The notes: generated by a model from the letters alone, not told the origin. 64,000 nucleotides of DNA from an uncultured Acidobacteriota bacterium (GCA_963813155.1 CAWEYG010000003.1:288001-352000), one strand, 5' to 3'; numbered from the stretch's first letter, positions 1 through 10,476 are shown. Numbers and translations are program-made.

Positions 1-233
1 CCGAGCGAAGCCGCCATGATCGCGCAGCCGACCCGCTGGTCGAAATCCCTCTGGACGAAGAACGCCCGGTTGCCGCAGAACCCGCATCGGTCCACGAGGT
101 TCGACGCGAGCTCGGCCGGAGTCGGCTCGAACGTCCACGCTGTCGCGCACTTCTCGCAGACGCCGGAGGAAGCGGCCGGCGTCCCGAGATCGTTCCGGCG
201 GAAACAGGACGGACAGTATCGCCGGATCTTCAC
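1..233 (-). CDS. Zinc-ribbon protein with hydrophobic segment, truncated at window edge
   Basis: Manual translation from GTG 233 (overlaps upstream stop): MKIRRYCPSC...CEKC...CGFCGNRAFFVQRDFDQRVG; three CxxC motifs. Confidence 0.6.
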   Translation of the reverse strand, partial: MKIRRYCPSCFRRNDLGTPAASSGVCEKCATAWTFEPTPAELASNLVDRCGFCGNRAFFVQRDFDQRVGCAIMAASL

Positions 234-982
234 GCCGGAAATCCGGTGAGAACCGTCAGGTAAGCCGAGAGGAGCTCGCCGATCAGGACGAAAATGAGCG
301 CGACGTACAGAAGGCCCGTTGCGGCCTGGTTCGAGCGCATCTTCGAGGTCTGGAAGATGAAGTACGAAAGCGCGAGCGGGCCGACGATTCCCCAGACGAT
401 CCGAAACAGAAAGAACAGCCCCTCGCGATCGACCGAAGTGAGCGCCTCCCAGGCGGCCGCTTTCGGGGGCTTCGCCGCGACGGCCGCGAGAAAGCCCGCG
501 CGCGCGAGGCAGGCGGCGGCATAGGAGACGGCCGCGCGAAACAGCAGCGACAGCGGAAGCGACCGCGACACGAGGTACCAGTGGCCGAGATTCATCGTGA
601 GCAGGACGGTCCCGAAGAGGATCGAGCCGAGCGCCGCGCCGGCCGCGATCCATCCTGCCGCCGCCGGGTCGATCGAACGGGCGAAGGAGGCGAGGATCCA
701 GAACTGGCCGGCCGCGGCGGCGAGAAGCAGGGCCCTCGCGCCGCCCATCCGGCCGATCCGGGCCAACAGCGTGTACAGGGCGAGCAGGGCGATGCAGACG
801 CCGCCGGCGGGACCGATCTCGCGCGGCGAGACGGCCGCGGCGAGAGCCAGCGCGACAAAGGCGATCAAGCCGTGGAGGGCGAAAAACCCCTTGCCGAGCA
901 AGCGCGTCGGGTAGAACGCGAGCAGCAGAGAGATCCCGGCCGACATCTCGACGAGGAAGAGGCCGAGGGAACGAATGACCAT
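230..982 (-). CDS. Multi-pass membrane protein of unknown function
   Basis: 250 aa, many hydrophobic helices, MNLGHWYL motif; last complete gene of the minus-strand operon. Confidence 0.7.
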   Translation of the reverse strand: MVIRSLGLFLVEMSAGISLLLAFYPTRLLGKGFFALHGLIAFVALALAAAVSPREIGPAGGVCIALLALYTLLARIGRMGGARALLLAAAAGQFWILASFARSIDPAAAGWIAAGAALGSILFGTVLLTMNLGHWYLVSRSLPLSLLFRAAVSYAAACLARAGFLAAVAAKPPKAAAWEALTSVDREGLFFLFRIVWGIVGPLALSYFIFQTSKMRSNQAATGLLYVALIFVLIGELLSAYLTVLTGFPA

Positions 983-994
983 CGGTCGCCGCGG

Positions 995-2366
995 TCAGCG
1001 GACCGTTTTCTTCGGGGCCGGGGGCGGGGGCGCTGCGGCCGCGGGGACCTTCTTTTCCGCGGCGACGACCTTTTCGATGTCCGCGCTCGGCACGAGGAGC
1101 GCGGCGGGCCGGCCGGAGACCTCGACGGCGACGCGGCCCGGGGTCTCCGGCCGCACGGCCGCGGAGATCGTTTCCCCCGTGGTCAGGCCGATCTTCCAGC
1201 TCGCGGTTTCGGGCTGGCTCGCGAGGCCGCGGGTCGCGGCTTCGGCGAGGAAGTCCTTCGCGTCCAGAGCGGCGATCGCGGTGAGCACGTCTTCGACGGC
1301 CTGCGCCGGAATCGTCTTCCCGCCTTCTTTCCATTCCGCGCCGTCTTTCCGGACGGACCGGCTCGTCTCCCCGGTCTTGAAGTCGAGCTGGCGAACGGCG
1401 GGCGTCTCGAAGCGGGCGACCTTCGTCTCCCTGTACGCATCCGCCTCCTTCGACAGCTCGTCGGTCAGCGTGGCCTCGATCGCGAAAGCCTGATCGCCGC
1501 AACGGGCGTAGACGGACTTGCCGTCCGAGCGGGTGGCGCCGACTTCGAGCACGACCGGCTTCCGGGAGACCGTCATCGTCACGGTGTAAATCGGGGGCGC
1601 GAGACCGTCGCCGCCGAGGTCGGCCTTCGAAATCTTCAGAAATTCCGTGACGTTCGCGGCGAGGAGGTCCTCGATCAGGCGCGTCACGGGGGCGGAAGCC
1701 GCGAGGTCCGTCTCCGGCCGCGTCATCCACCACGATGTCCTTCCGCTTCTCGAAATCGATCCGGCCCCGCCCGCGGAGGATCGACAGCTGGCCGACGTCG
1801 GCGCTCGAGCCCGAAAAGACCTTCTTGCTCTTGTACTCGTCGACCGGCTTCAACAGGTCCGCGGCGAGGCTCGAGCGGAGGAAAACCGTCCGGTTCTCCC
1901 CTTTCACGCGCGCCGCGACGGTGTCGGTCCCCGGGATCTCCTTTCCGATCGAGAGCGTGTGGATCTCGCCCTTCTTTTTCGGCGCCTTCGAGTCGGCCGA
2001 GGTGATCGTCACGACCGCCCGGGGCGTCACGAGGCCGTAGTCCGGCTCGTTCGCGGCGGCCGGCGCCTCTCCTTCCCGGGGCGGCTTCGCGAGGTCGAAG
2101 ACGAGCGACGAGAGCGATCCGCCGTCGGCCGGGTACGATTCCGGCCGCACCATCTTCCAATCCCCGGGAGGAGTCCTCGAAAACTCGAGACCGGGGCCGT
2201 CCCGCATGATCTCGATCTTCGCGATGTCGCCCTCGGCGACCTGCCACAGCACGTCTCCCCGGTCGAGCCGCTCCTGGGTCGTGGGCATCCGCCTCTCGAG
2301 GACCAGGATGAACACGAGAAGAACGGCGAGAATGCCGGTCAGGAGCCCGAGGCGGCGAAGCGTCAT
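995..2366 (-). CDS. DUF4340-type accessory protein (frameshifted)
   Basis: ATG 2366 with N-terminal TM helix; C-terminal part is ORF 995-1726; typical position after GldG-like gene; indels split the ORF. Confidence 0.6.
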
Positions 2367-2391
2367 TTCCTGCTGTTTCCGCTGCGGGGCA

Positions 2392-3873
2392 CTAGCTGCG
2401 CCTCTTCGTCCAGACCACGATGCCGGCCAGGATCGCGAGCCCGGGAATTCCGAAGAGACAGAGCAGGCCGACTCTCTTGAGCGTCGACGCCGAGATCGTG
2501 AGCGACGTCTGCTCCATCGACTTCGGGGCGATCCCGACGAGCTCCGTGTTGCCGATCAGCCAGTGCGCCGTGTTCAGGAACAGGTTCGCGTTCGAAACGT
2601 TCTGCAGCTCGCCGTTGCAGGCGAAATCGGAATCGCCGAAGACGGCCAGGCGCGCGCCGGCCGCCGGGTCCGGCCCCGCCGTCGCGGCGGACGCCGAGCG
2701 GGAAATGGCGACCGCGAGGGTCACGGGAGCGGCGACGTCGTTGGCGTCCTTCTTGACGGCCGACAGGTTCTGAAGATCGGTCTCGCCCCACCCGTCCGGC
2801 GTGGTCTGGAGAAGGGGCGTCGCGGTGAACCCGGCGTGCGTCGCCGTCCCCGGCTGCACCGAACGGGCGAGCGGAAGGATGACGGCCGTCTTCGCGGAAT
2901 CGAGCGGCGCCACGATTTCATGGGACCCGAAATGGTTCACGTAGACCGTCTCCGCGCCGATGAAGGGAAGCGTGTTCCCCGGGTCGACGACGATGTCGGT
3001 GTCGAGCTTCGCGCCCCAGGCCGCGAGCAGGGTCGAGAGCCCGAGGTCCGCGGGCGGGCCGGCGGGCCGCGGAAGAATCGGGTCGATCAGGAAGAGGACG
3101 TGTCCTCCCCCGGCAAGGTATCGGTCGAGCGCGTCGCGCTCGGGCTGCAGCAGGGCCGTCTGCGGCCCCGCGAGGACGACGAGGTCCGCGTCGGACGGAA
3201 CGACGGCCCTGCCGAGCGAATCCCACGTGGCGGCCGTGTCGTTGTCCTTGCCGAGAAGGTCCTTGACCTCCGAGAGGCCGCGCTCGCCGGAGTCGTCGAT
3301 CGCCTTCTCGCCGTGCCCCGACATGAAGTAGATCTTCGGCGACCGCTGCGAGGTGACCGCCAGAATCGCAGACGTGAAGGCCTGCTCGCCCTTGAAGTTC
3401 TTGAGGCCGCCGGGCTGGCCGGGGCCTCCCGAGAAGTCCATGTCTCCGAGCTGGTCCTCCGTCACGTACTTCTTCTTCGCCCCCGACTTGAACACGATCG
3501 TGTTCTGGCGCACGTTGTATTCGGACACGAGCGCCTGCGCGCGGGCGAGGTTGCGGCGGGGATCCAGGTGCTCGATCCGGATCATCGCCGGCGAGAGCTT
3601 CTTGTACCGCTCGAGCAGCTCGTTGACTTCCGGGTAGGTGCGGGACTCGCGGCTCATGAAGACGGTCACGTCGACGGGAGTTTTGACTTTCGCGACGATC
3701 TTCTTCGTCGTGTCCGAAAGCGAATAGATCTTCGCCCGCGTCCAGTCGCCGCGGGACCAGTGGCGATAGCCGAGGTAGTTGACGAGAACGAAGATCGCCG
3801 CGACGATCGCGACGGATCCGGAGAAGATCCCGGCGCTCGCGGCGCGCCGGCGGCCTCCGAGAGTGGTCTTCAT
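2392..3873 (-). CDS. GldG-family ABC transporter auxiliary component
   Basis: DWTRAKIYSLS, YFMSGHGEK, LAVFGDSDFA, NANLFLN motifs and C-terminal TM; start ATG 3873. Confidence 0.85.
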   Translation of the reverse strand: MKTTLGGRRRAASAGIFSGSVAIVAAIFVLVNYLGYRHWSRGDWTRAKIYSLSDTTKKIVAKVKTPVDVTVFMSRESRTYPEVNELLERYKKLSPAMIRIEHLDPRRNLARAQALVSEYNVRQNTIVFKSGAKKKYVTEDQLGDMDFSGGPGQPGGLKNFKGEQAFTSAILAVTSQRSPKIYFMSGHGEKAIDDSGERGLSEVKDLLGKDNDTAATWDSLGRAVVPSDADLVVLAGPQTALLQPERDALDRYLAGGGHVLFLIDPILPRPAGPPADLGLSTLLAAWGAKLDTDIVVDPGNTLPFIGAETVYVNHFGSHEIVAPLDSAKTAVILPLARSVQPGTATHAGFTATPLLQTTPDGWGETDLQNLSAVKKDANDVAAPVTLAVAISRSASAATAGPDPAAGARLAVFGDSDFACNGELQNVSNANLFLNTAHWLIGNTELVGIAPKSMEQTSLTISASTLKRVGLLCLFGIPGLAILAGIVVWTKRRS

Positions 3874-4607
3874 TGTCCTTTTTTCACCTCGAGAGTCGCC
3901 TGCGCCAGAAACAGGAATCCCGCGGCGGCGGAGACGTAGTACACGACGTGCCGGGTGTCGACGACCCCGCGCGCGAACTCCTCCATGTGGTCCCAGATCG
4001 TGACGTAGCTCAGGAAATCGCGCCACGACGGCTCGTTCGCGAGCGACTGGAGCAGCCCCGCGGAGAACACGATCAGGATCATCACGAACCCGAGGATCGC
4101 GGCGATGATCTGGTTCTTGGACAGGCTCGACGCGAACGTGCCGATCGCGAGGAAGTAGGCCCCGAGCAGGAGCACCGCGAGGAGGCTCGACGCGACGATT
4201 CGCAGGTCGATCGTCGCGAACTTCTCGAGGATGAGGGCGTAGAGAACGACGGGCGCCCAGAGCACGGCGTAGAACAGAAACGCGGCCGTGAACTTGCCGA
4301 GGATGATCGTTCCCGAGGTGACCGGCGAAGTCAGCAGCGTCTCGATGGAGCCCGATTTCCTCTCTTCGGAGATGAGCCGCATCGTGATCACGGGAATGAA
4401 GAAGATCATGAAGATCCAGAAGAACGTGTTGTTGAACAGGATCCCGAGCGGCTGCATCGAGCGGGCCCCCGGCTGGCTCAGGAATCCGAGGATCGTCGAG
4501 AAGATGAATCCGTTGAGGAACCAGAAGGCGGCCAGGATGATGTACCCGAGCGGCGAGTAGAAATACGCGAGCCACTCGCGCTTCACGATCGCGAAGAACT
4601 TCCTCAT
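3870..4607 (-). CDS. ABC-2 permease (GldF-like)
   Basis: KREWLAYFYSPLGY and TMRLISEERKSGSIETLLTSP motifs. Confidence 0.9.
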   Translation of the reverse strand: MRKFFAIVKREWLAYFYSPLGYIILAAFWFLNGFIFSTILGFLSQPGARSMQPLGILFNNTFFWIFMIFFIPVITMRLISEERKSGSIETLLTSPVTSGTIILGKFTAAFLFYAVLWAPVVLYALILEKFATIDLRIVASSLLAVLLLGAYFLAIGTFASSLSKNQIIAAILGFVMILIVFSAGLLQSLANEPSWRDFLSYVTIWDHMEEFARGVVDTRHVVYYVSAAAGFLFLAQATLEVKKGQ

Positions 4608-5572
4608 GAAGCGGCCTCCTCCGGCTCGGCCGTCTCCGGCGCCGAGTGGTCCTGCGTCGTCAGGCGCACGAAAACGTCCTCCAGGGTCGCCGTCTCCCCG
4701 GCCAGCTCCCTCAGCGTCCAGCCGCTCGCGACGGCCTTTCGGAACACGTCTTCGCGGCAGTCGACGCCCTCGTCGCACTCGAGGCGGACGCGCGTCTCGC
4801 CGGCCTCGGACGACTGGTGGATTGCCCGGACGCCTTCGAGCGACGAAAGGACCGGCCTCGCGTCCAGCTCGCCCGCGAACGTCGCGCGGACGATCGTTGC
4901 GCCCGCGCCGCGCCGCCGCAGCTCCGCCGGGGTGCCCTGCGCGACGATCTTGCCGCGGTCGATGATGAGCACCTGGTCGCAGATCGCCTCGACCTCGGGA
5001 AGGATGTGGGTGGAGAGCAGAACGGTCCGCTCCTTTCCCAGCTCCTTGATGAGCTCGCGAATCTTGATGATCTGCTTCGGATCGAGGCCGACGGTCGGCT
5101 CGTCGAGGATCAGGATCGGCGGACGATGCACGAGAGCGCCGGCGAGCGCGACCCGCTGCTTGTAGCCCTTCGAGAGCGTGCCCGTGATGCGGTCCGCCAC
5201 GTCGTCGAGCAGGCAGCGATCCACGACGTCGTCGACCCGCGCCTTCCGGTCGGACGACGAGATCCCCTCCAGGTCGGCGCGGTACTTCAGGTATTCGCGG
5301 ACGCGCATCTCGGGATACAGCGCCACGTTCTCGGGCAGATAGCCGATGGAGGCCCGGGCTTTGATCGGATCGCGGACGACGTCGTGCCCGGCGACCTTGA
5401 TTTCTCCCTCGGTCGGCGGGAGAAATCCCGTGAGCACGCGCATCGTCGTCGTCTTCCCCGCGCCGTTGGGCCCGAGGAAACCGACGATCGCGCCCTCCGG
5501 GATCTCGAACGAGATGTCGTCCACGGCCGGCGGGCCGTAATACCTCATCGTGAAATTTCGGACTTCGATCAT
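4604..5572 (-). CDS. ABC transporter ATP-binding protein (GldA-like)
   Basis: Walker A GPNGAGKTT, LSKGYKQR, ILDEPT. Confidence 0.95.
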   Translation of the reverse strand: MIEVRNFTMRYYGPPAVDDISFEIPEGAIVGFLGPNGAGKTTTMRVLTGFLPPTEGEIKVAGHDVVRDPIKARASIGYLPENVALYPEMRVREYLKYRADLEGISSSDRKARVDDVVDRCLLDDVADRITGTLSKGYKQRVALAGALVHRPPILILDEPTVGLDPKQIIKIRELIKELGKERTVLLSTHILPEVEAICDQVLIIDRGKIVAQGTPAELRRRGAGATIVRATFAGELDARPVLSSLEGVRAIHQSSEAGETRVRLECDEGVDCREDVFRKAVASGWTLRELAGETATLEDVFVRLTTQDHSAPETAEPEEAAS

Positions 5573-5716
5573 TTCTCTCCCGGTTAGAGCAACCCCAGTG
5601 CCATGCCGAAGCCCGCGCAGTCTAACGACTTTCCCGCGCGAATCAAAACCTGCCCGGGTCGTTTCGGCGCGAGCGCGCCAAATCCGCCCGCCAGATGAGC
5701 GTGTTATTCTTCGCGC

Positions 5717-6801
5717 ATGTCAGAGAAAAAACCGGCCGCGGCGGCGATCGCGGAGAGACTGAAGACGGCCCGCGCGAAGCTCGCCCAGTCGGGCGCCGAC
5801 ATGCTCTTCGTGACTCCCTCGACGAATCTTTTTTACCTGGCCGGCATCTCCTTTCACCGCAGCGAGCGCCTCACGGCCGTCCTGATTCCGAAGGACGGCG
5901 ACCCGGTTCTCGTCGTCCCGGCGTTCGAAGAGACGCACGCGCGGTCGATGACGCCGATCGAGCGGATCGTGACATGGCAGGAAACAGAGGACGCGTTCGC
6001 GAAAGCGGCTTCGTTTCTCGGAACGTCGAAAGGCACCCTTCTCGTCGAGCCCTCGACGGCGTTCGACGACGTCGAGAAACTGCTCGCCCACGCCTCCGGC
6101 TGGAACGCGAAGTCGGGAGCGAACGCTCTTCGCCGCGATGCGGATGGTCAAGAGCCCGGACGAGCTCGCGGCGATGCGGCGCGCGATCGAGCTGGGCGTC
6201 GGACGTTTCAAGGCCGCCTTCTCGAAGCTGCGCCCGGGCGTCGCCGAGAAAGAGATTTCCGCCGCCTTCGGCGGCGACAACGTCGTCCAGTTCGGGCCCT
6301 CGGCGGCCGTTCCGCACGGAGAGGCGTCGGAGCGAAAGCTCTCGAAGAACGAAGCCGTCCTCATCGACGCCTGGGACAATCCCGGAAGGGTATTTCTACG
6401 ACATCACCCGTTCGACGTTCTATGGAACCCCGACCGACGAGTACCGCAAGGTCTGGGACATCGTCCACGAGGCGCAGGGGGCGGGCATCGAGGCTGCGCG
6501 TCCAGGAGTTCCGTGCTCGCAGGCGGACGCCGCGGCGCGGCGCGTCATCGAAAAGGCGGGCTACGGCGAGTACTTCACGCACCGGCTCGGCCACGGCCTC
6601 GGCATCGACGTCCACGAGCCTCCGTACATGGTCTCCGGCAACGACATCCTGCTCGAGCCGGGAATGACGTTCACGTCCGAGCCGGGGATCTACCTGCCGG
6701 GCAAGTTCGGCGTGCGGATCGAGGACGACGTCGTCGTGACGGAGAAGGGCTCGGAAGTCCTCTCCCCTCGCCCGTCGAAGCTCGAGCCGATCGAGGCGTA
6801 G
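5717..6801 (+). CDS. Xaa-Pro aminopeptidase, M24 family (frameshifted)
   Basis: Creatinase-like N-terminus; [27 protein letters not shown]; frame changes near 6120 and 6380. Confidence 0.9.
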
Positions 6802-6871
6802 ACTCCAACCCCACCCCGACGCTGGACGCGCCACCCCTCCCCGCATTGCAAGGAGGGGAAAACACCGCAAT

Positions 6872-6954
6872 GTCATTCCCGCGAAAGCGGGAATCGCCCG
6901 GCGCGGGCTCGACCTCACCCGGCCTCACGGCCACCCTCTCCATGTGGAGAGGGT
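6872..6954. repeat. REP-like palindromic elements upstream of intI
   Basis: GATTCCC-type hairpin GTCATTCCCGCGAAAGCGGGAATC (6872-6895) and ACCCTCTCCA-tg-TGGAGAGGGT hairpin near 6933-6954. Confidence 0.55.
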
Positions 6955-7126
6955 AAATCGAGCATTCCCTTTAGTCGCGCCGAAGCCTTCCGACTTCGCC
7001 AAAGCGCTTCGTCGCGACGGCGAGTGGCGAAGGCGGATGTCCCCTTTTTCCGTTTCCGCGATGAGCAGGGCGAGGGAGAACCTCGAAATGCAGGAAGGCG
7101 CAAGAAAGGCGTATACTCTACGAGCC

Positions 7127-8120
7127 ATGCCAGCGGCACCGATTCCTCCCCCGGCGCCCGGCCCGCGCCTGCTCGATCGCGTACGGGTTTGCGTACGTGC
7201 CCGCCACTATTCGATCCGCACCGAAGAGGCCTATGTTGGGTGGATCCGCCGATTCATCCTCTTCCACGGCAAGCGGCACCCGAGCGAGATGGGAGAGCCG
7301 GAAATCAACGCGTTTCTCTCGCACCTGGCGACGGCCAACAAGGTTTCGGCCTCGACCCAGACTCAGGCGCTCTCGGCGCTGTTGTTTCTGTACCGGGTGG
7401 TTCTCCTCAAACCCTTTCCCTCGATCGCCGACCTTATCCGCGCGAAGAAACCGAAACGTCTGCCAACCGTTCTCACCCGGGAGGAAGTCAGAGCCGTGCT
7501 TTCGCAGCTCGACGGTGTCCCGAAACTCGTGGCTGCCGTTCTCTATGGTTCGGGGCTTCGGCTTCTCGAAACCTTACGCCTTCGAGTGAAAGACATCGAT
7601 ACCGAAAGAAACCAGATCACCGTCCGTGACGGGAAGGGCCAGAAAGACCGTCTCACGATGCTGTCGGTTTCGGCCCGAGCAGGGCTCATCGAACATCTCG
7701 AGGGCGTTCGCCGCTTGCACCGCGAGGACCTCGGCCGGGGGGTTCGGAGCGGTTTTTCTCCCAGACGCTCTGGCTCGGAAATATCCCGGCTCCCCGAAGG
7801 AATGGGCCTGGCAATGGGTCTTTCCCGCGGATTCTCGTTCCGTTGATCCTCGGTCACAGGCGGTTGCCCGCCACCACGTTCATGAGCGCCTGATTCAGAG
7901 AGCCGTGAAGCAGGCCGTCCGAAAAGCAAAGATCTCGAAACCGGCAGCCTGCCATACTCTCAGACATTCATTCGCGACACACCTTCTGGAGGATGGCTAC
8001 GACATCCGGACCATCCAGGAGTTGCTTGGCCATAAGGACGTTTCAACCACGATGATCTACACCCATGTGCTCAACCGGAGCGGCGGACTGGGGGTGAGAA
8101 GTCCAATGGACAAGCTATGA
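7127..8120 (+). CDS. intI: Integron integrase (tyrosine recombinase), one frameshift near 7740
   Basis: [25 protein letters not shown]-terminal domain, YGSGLR, IntI-specific patch WQWVFPA...DPRS...[28 protein letters not shown]. Confidence 0.97.
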
Positions 8121-8289
8121 GCCCGTGTCGTTTTGACCGGTCGGGTTTTCGATCTTCGGCGACAAATCTCGTCGTGTTGATCGGTTCGTCAGGTGGCGAG
8201 GAAGTCGAGGGTCTAAAATGGGTTGGATGATAAAAGTGCCAGAAATGCAAATCGACTTAGGCGACAGATTTCGACGCGTTTGCCGAATC

Positions 8290-8316
8290 CTTTGGGACGC
8301 CGAATACATGTTCGCC
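8290..8316 (+). other. attI: attI recombination site, crossover G8310|T8311
   Basis: CGCCGAA-TACAT-G|TTCGCC; the sequence after the crossover (GTTCGCCCACCC) complements the end of cassette 1 (GGTGGGGCGAAC); no attC hairpin upstream. Confidence 0.75.
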
Positions 8317-8326
8317 CACCCGAGCA

Positions 8327-8695
8327 ATGTTTAGGTCCATCGTCTTCCTCGGTCTGGTGGGGTTTATTGTCACGCCTGACGCCAGGGCTCTCCCTTCCGA
8401 CAAGATCACGGTTCCCGAACTGCTCGACCGGGTAGAGCCGCAGACGGTTCCACTGCCGAGTCCCCTCATTATTCGAAACCCGGAACTCAGGCTTCAGATA
8501 ACCGTCGACCCGACCGGCAAGGTCGACGACATCAAGGTGTTACGTTCCGTTCAACCTCGAGTTGATCGGGCCTGGGTGGCAGCGGTGAAACAGTGGCGGT
8601 ATAAGCCCGCGATGCGTAATGGGACGGCCATTCAGTACAAAATTAAACTCGTGACATGGGTCCACGCGGAACGATGGCCACGCGAAGCGAAGTAG
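8327..8695 (+). CDS. Cassette 1: secreted TonB C-terminal domain protein
   Basis: Signal peptide; ITVDPTGKVDDIKVLRS...AAVKQWRYKPAMRNG. Confidence 0.8.
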   Translation: MFRSIVFLGLVGFIVTPDARALPSDKITVPELLDRVEPQTVPLPSPLIIRNPELRLQITVDPTGKVDDIKVLRSVQPRVDRAWVAAVKQWRYKPAMRNGTAIQYKIKLVTWVHAERWPREAK

Positions 8696-8705
8696 TGCGG
8701 GGTGG

Positions 8706-8766
8706 GGCGAACATCGGCGTGCAGCGGATGTCGCTTCGCTCCACCGCTGACGCCGGGTCGTTATGC
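8706..8766 (+). repeat. attC: attC1 (61 bp)
   Basis: GGCGAAC...GGCGT(G)CAGCGG/CCGCTGACGCC stem...GTTATGC. Confidence 0.95.
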
Positions 8767-8789
8767 CACCTAATCGGCGACGGGGGCAA

Positions 8790-9097
8790 ATGACGACGCG
8801 GGAGGATAACTTGCTTTCCGGCCGAGGGCGGTGGGCTCTTGGAGCGATCGCGATCTCCCTCGGGCAGGCTGCTTGGCTCTACAACACGGTCAAAACTGCA
8901 AACATTCTCAACGCGGCGCAGATACGGCCCATCTTGCTTCTTGGTCTAGTGGGCTGGTCTGTCGGCCTTGCCATGGGACTCGCGGGAATCCGAGTCGGCT
9001 CTCCGTCGCAAAACTCGTCTCAGCGCTCGGAATCATTGCAAACTTGGCCGGTGTCGCAGTCACGCTGTGGAAAATGGCGACCTGGTGGGTGGCCTAA
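8790..9097 (+). CDS. Cassette 2: small 3-TM membrane protein (frameshift near 9003)
   Basis: Hydrophobic helices in ORF 8763 frame continue in ORF 8831 frame; ends at the TAA inside attC2 R''; alternative start 8763. Confidence 0.6.
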
Positions 9098-9152
9098 CAT
9101 GCGCGTGCAGCGGATGTCGCTTCGCTCCACCGCTGACGCCGGGTCGTTAGGC
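9092..9152 (+). repeat. attC: attC2 (61 bp)
   Basis: GCCTAAC...GTTAGGC, same internal stem as attC1. Confidence 0.95.
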
Positions 9153-9165
9153 CGCCGAGACTGAT

Positions 9166-9569
9166 ATGCCTTTGAGACCAAGGGATCTGGAGGCGCAGGG
9201 AATCCCGATCACGTTCGAACAGCCAGGCGAGGTGACCGTTCGCGTCGGCCCCTGCTCAGGGCAGAGATTAGAGCGCAAGAAGATCCCTTGGACGGCCGTC
9301 GCTACATCTGTGCTGGCACGATCTTCTTGAAGAACGGGTCGAAGCTTCAGGCAAACTTCGAAATCGAGACGCACAGCTTTGATTTCCTCGACCGCGAGAG
9401 CGTTCAGTGCCTCATCGGCGACGCTTGGTACGGAATCGACGAACCCGAGCTGTGGGCGGTACTCGGCATTTCCCAGAAGGATGGCTTGCCAGATTGCTGG
9501 TTGCCGGATGTCCCACTCGATTACCACGTCCCCGGCCCTTACCCGATGAACTGGAAGGGCAAGAAATGA
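9166..9569 (+). CDS. Cassette 3: hypothetical protein (frameshift near 9287)
   Basis: ATG 9166 MPLRPRDLEAQG...KKIP joins ORF 9288-9569 if one C is added to a C-run. Confidence 0.6.
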
Positions 9570-9576
9570 CCCAGCG

Positions 9577-9637
9577 GCCTAACCCGCGCGTGCAGCGGAT
9601 GTCGCTACGCTCCACCGCTGACGCCGAACCGTTCGGC
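9577..9637 (+). repeat. attC: attC3 (61 bp)
   Basis: GCCTAAC...GTTCGGC. Confidence 0.95.
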
Positions 9638-9654
9638 AACGTTAAGGAGCGTCG

Positions 9655-10030
9655 GTGGCTCAAGAAAAGCTGATCGTGCCCGATGATCGGCCACTGACGA
9701 GCGGTGAGCGTGAGTTGATCACGTGGCTGCTCGATCATGGGTCGGCGGAAGCGGCGGCATATCGCGGCCAGCTGTCGCGGGTTCATGTCGTTTCGAGGTG
9801 TGGGTGCGGCTGTCCGACCGTCGATCTCGCACTTGCCGGAAGCATCAAGCGGTCTGGATCGTCGGCGATCCTGGCCGACTTCACCGGCCGTTCACCAGAA
9901 GGCGTCCTAGTCGGCGTCATGCTTACTGGTCGCGAGGGCGAACTCTCGGAGCTTGAGGTTTATTCAAAGGATGGGGCAGGTCGCCACCTTCGGGGGGCTG
10001 CCCGTGCCGGTGGATCTGGAGTCGGCGTGA
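9655..10030 (+). CDS. Cassette 4: hypothetical protein with CxCGCP motif
   Basis: AAGGAG SD before GTG 9655; SRCGCGCPTVDL; true stop inferred at TGA 10028-10030 after an indel near 9975-9995. Confidence 0.65.
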
Positions 10031-10034
10031 CGTT

Positions 10035-10098
10035 GCCGAACATCGGCTTGCAGCGGACTGCGCCCTGCGGGCTTGCCGCTGAAGCCGGGTCGTTCGGT
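10035..10098 (+). repeat. attC: attC4 (64 bp)
   Basis: GCCGAAC...GGCTT(G)CAGCGG/CCGCTGAAGCC...GTTCGGT. Confidence 0.95.
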
Positions 10099-10103
10099 CG
10101 TCG

Positions 10104-10402
10104 ATGAGTCGCGATGACGGTCAGAAGTTCATCGATCGTTATGACGAGAAGCAGAGTCACAACCTCGACCCCGGATATTTCACGGGCGGTCGCCTGGAGC
10201 CGGTCTTCTTGGCGAGGAGGCCGAATAAATGGGGCTGGACGCTGCTCGTGGGCGGGTTCACGGCACTCGGGCGATCGTGTTGAATCGTGCAGATACGACC
10301 TGGTGGGAAAGTGGTCGTCGGCTCGTCGGCGTCGCTAGTCTCATGATCGTTGCGGGCGTCAAAGCGCGCCGGTGGCCGAATCGACGCGGAGGAAAACCGT
10401 GA
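10104..10402 (+). CDS. Cassette 5: small membrane protein (several indels)
   Basis: ATG 10104 MSRDDGQKFIDRYDEKQSHNLDPGYFTGGRL...WGWTLLVGG; later hydrophobic stretch in other frames; end inferred. Confidence 0.45.
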
Positions 10403-10415
10403 GAAGGTCGAGACG

Positions 10416-10476
10416 ACCGAACATCGGCGTGCAGCGGATGTCGCTGCGCGCCACCGCTGACGCCGGGTCGTTAGGG
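10416..10476 (+). repeat. attC: attC5 (61 bp)
   Basis: ACCGAAC...GTTAGGG. Confidence 0.95.

Noticed and set aside
6944-7126. N-terminal extension of IntI from 6944
   Set aside because: Runs through palindromic repeats; integrase similarity begins after ATG 7127, which has a -10 box upstream
9655-10107. Cassette 4 protein reading through attC4
   Set aside because: More likely an indel near a G-run; the alternative frame gives a plausible end at TGA 10028-10030
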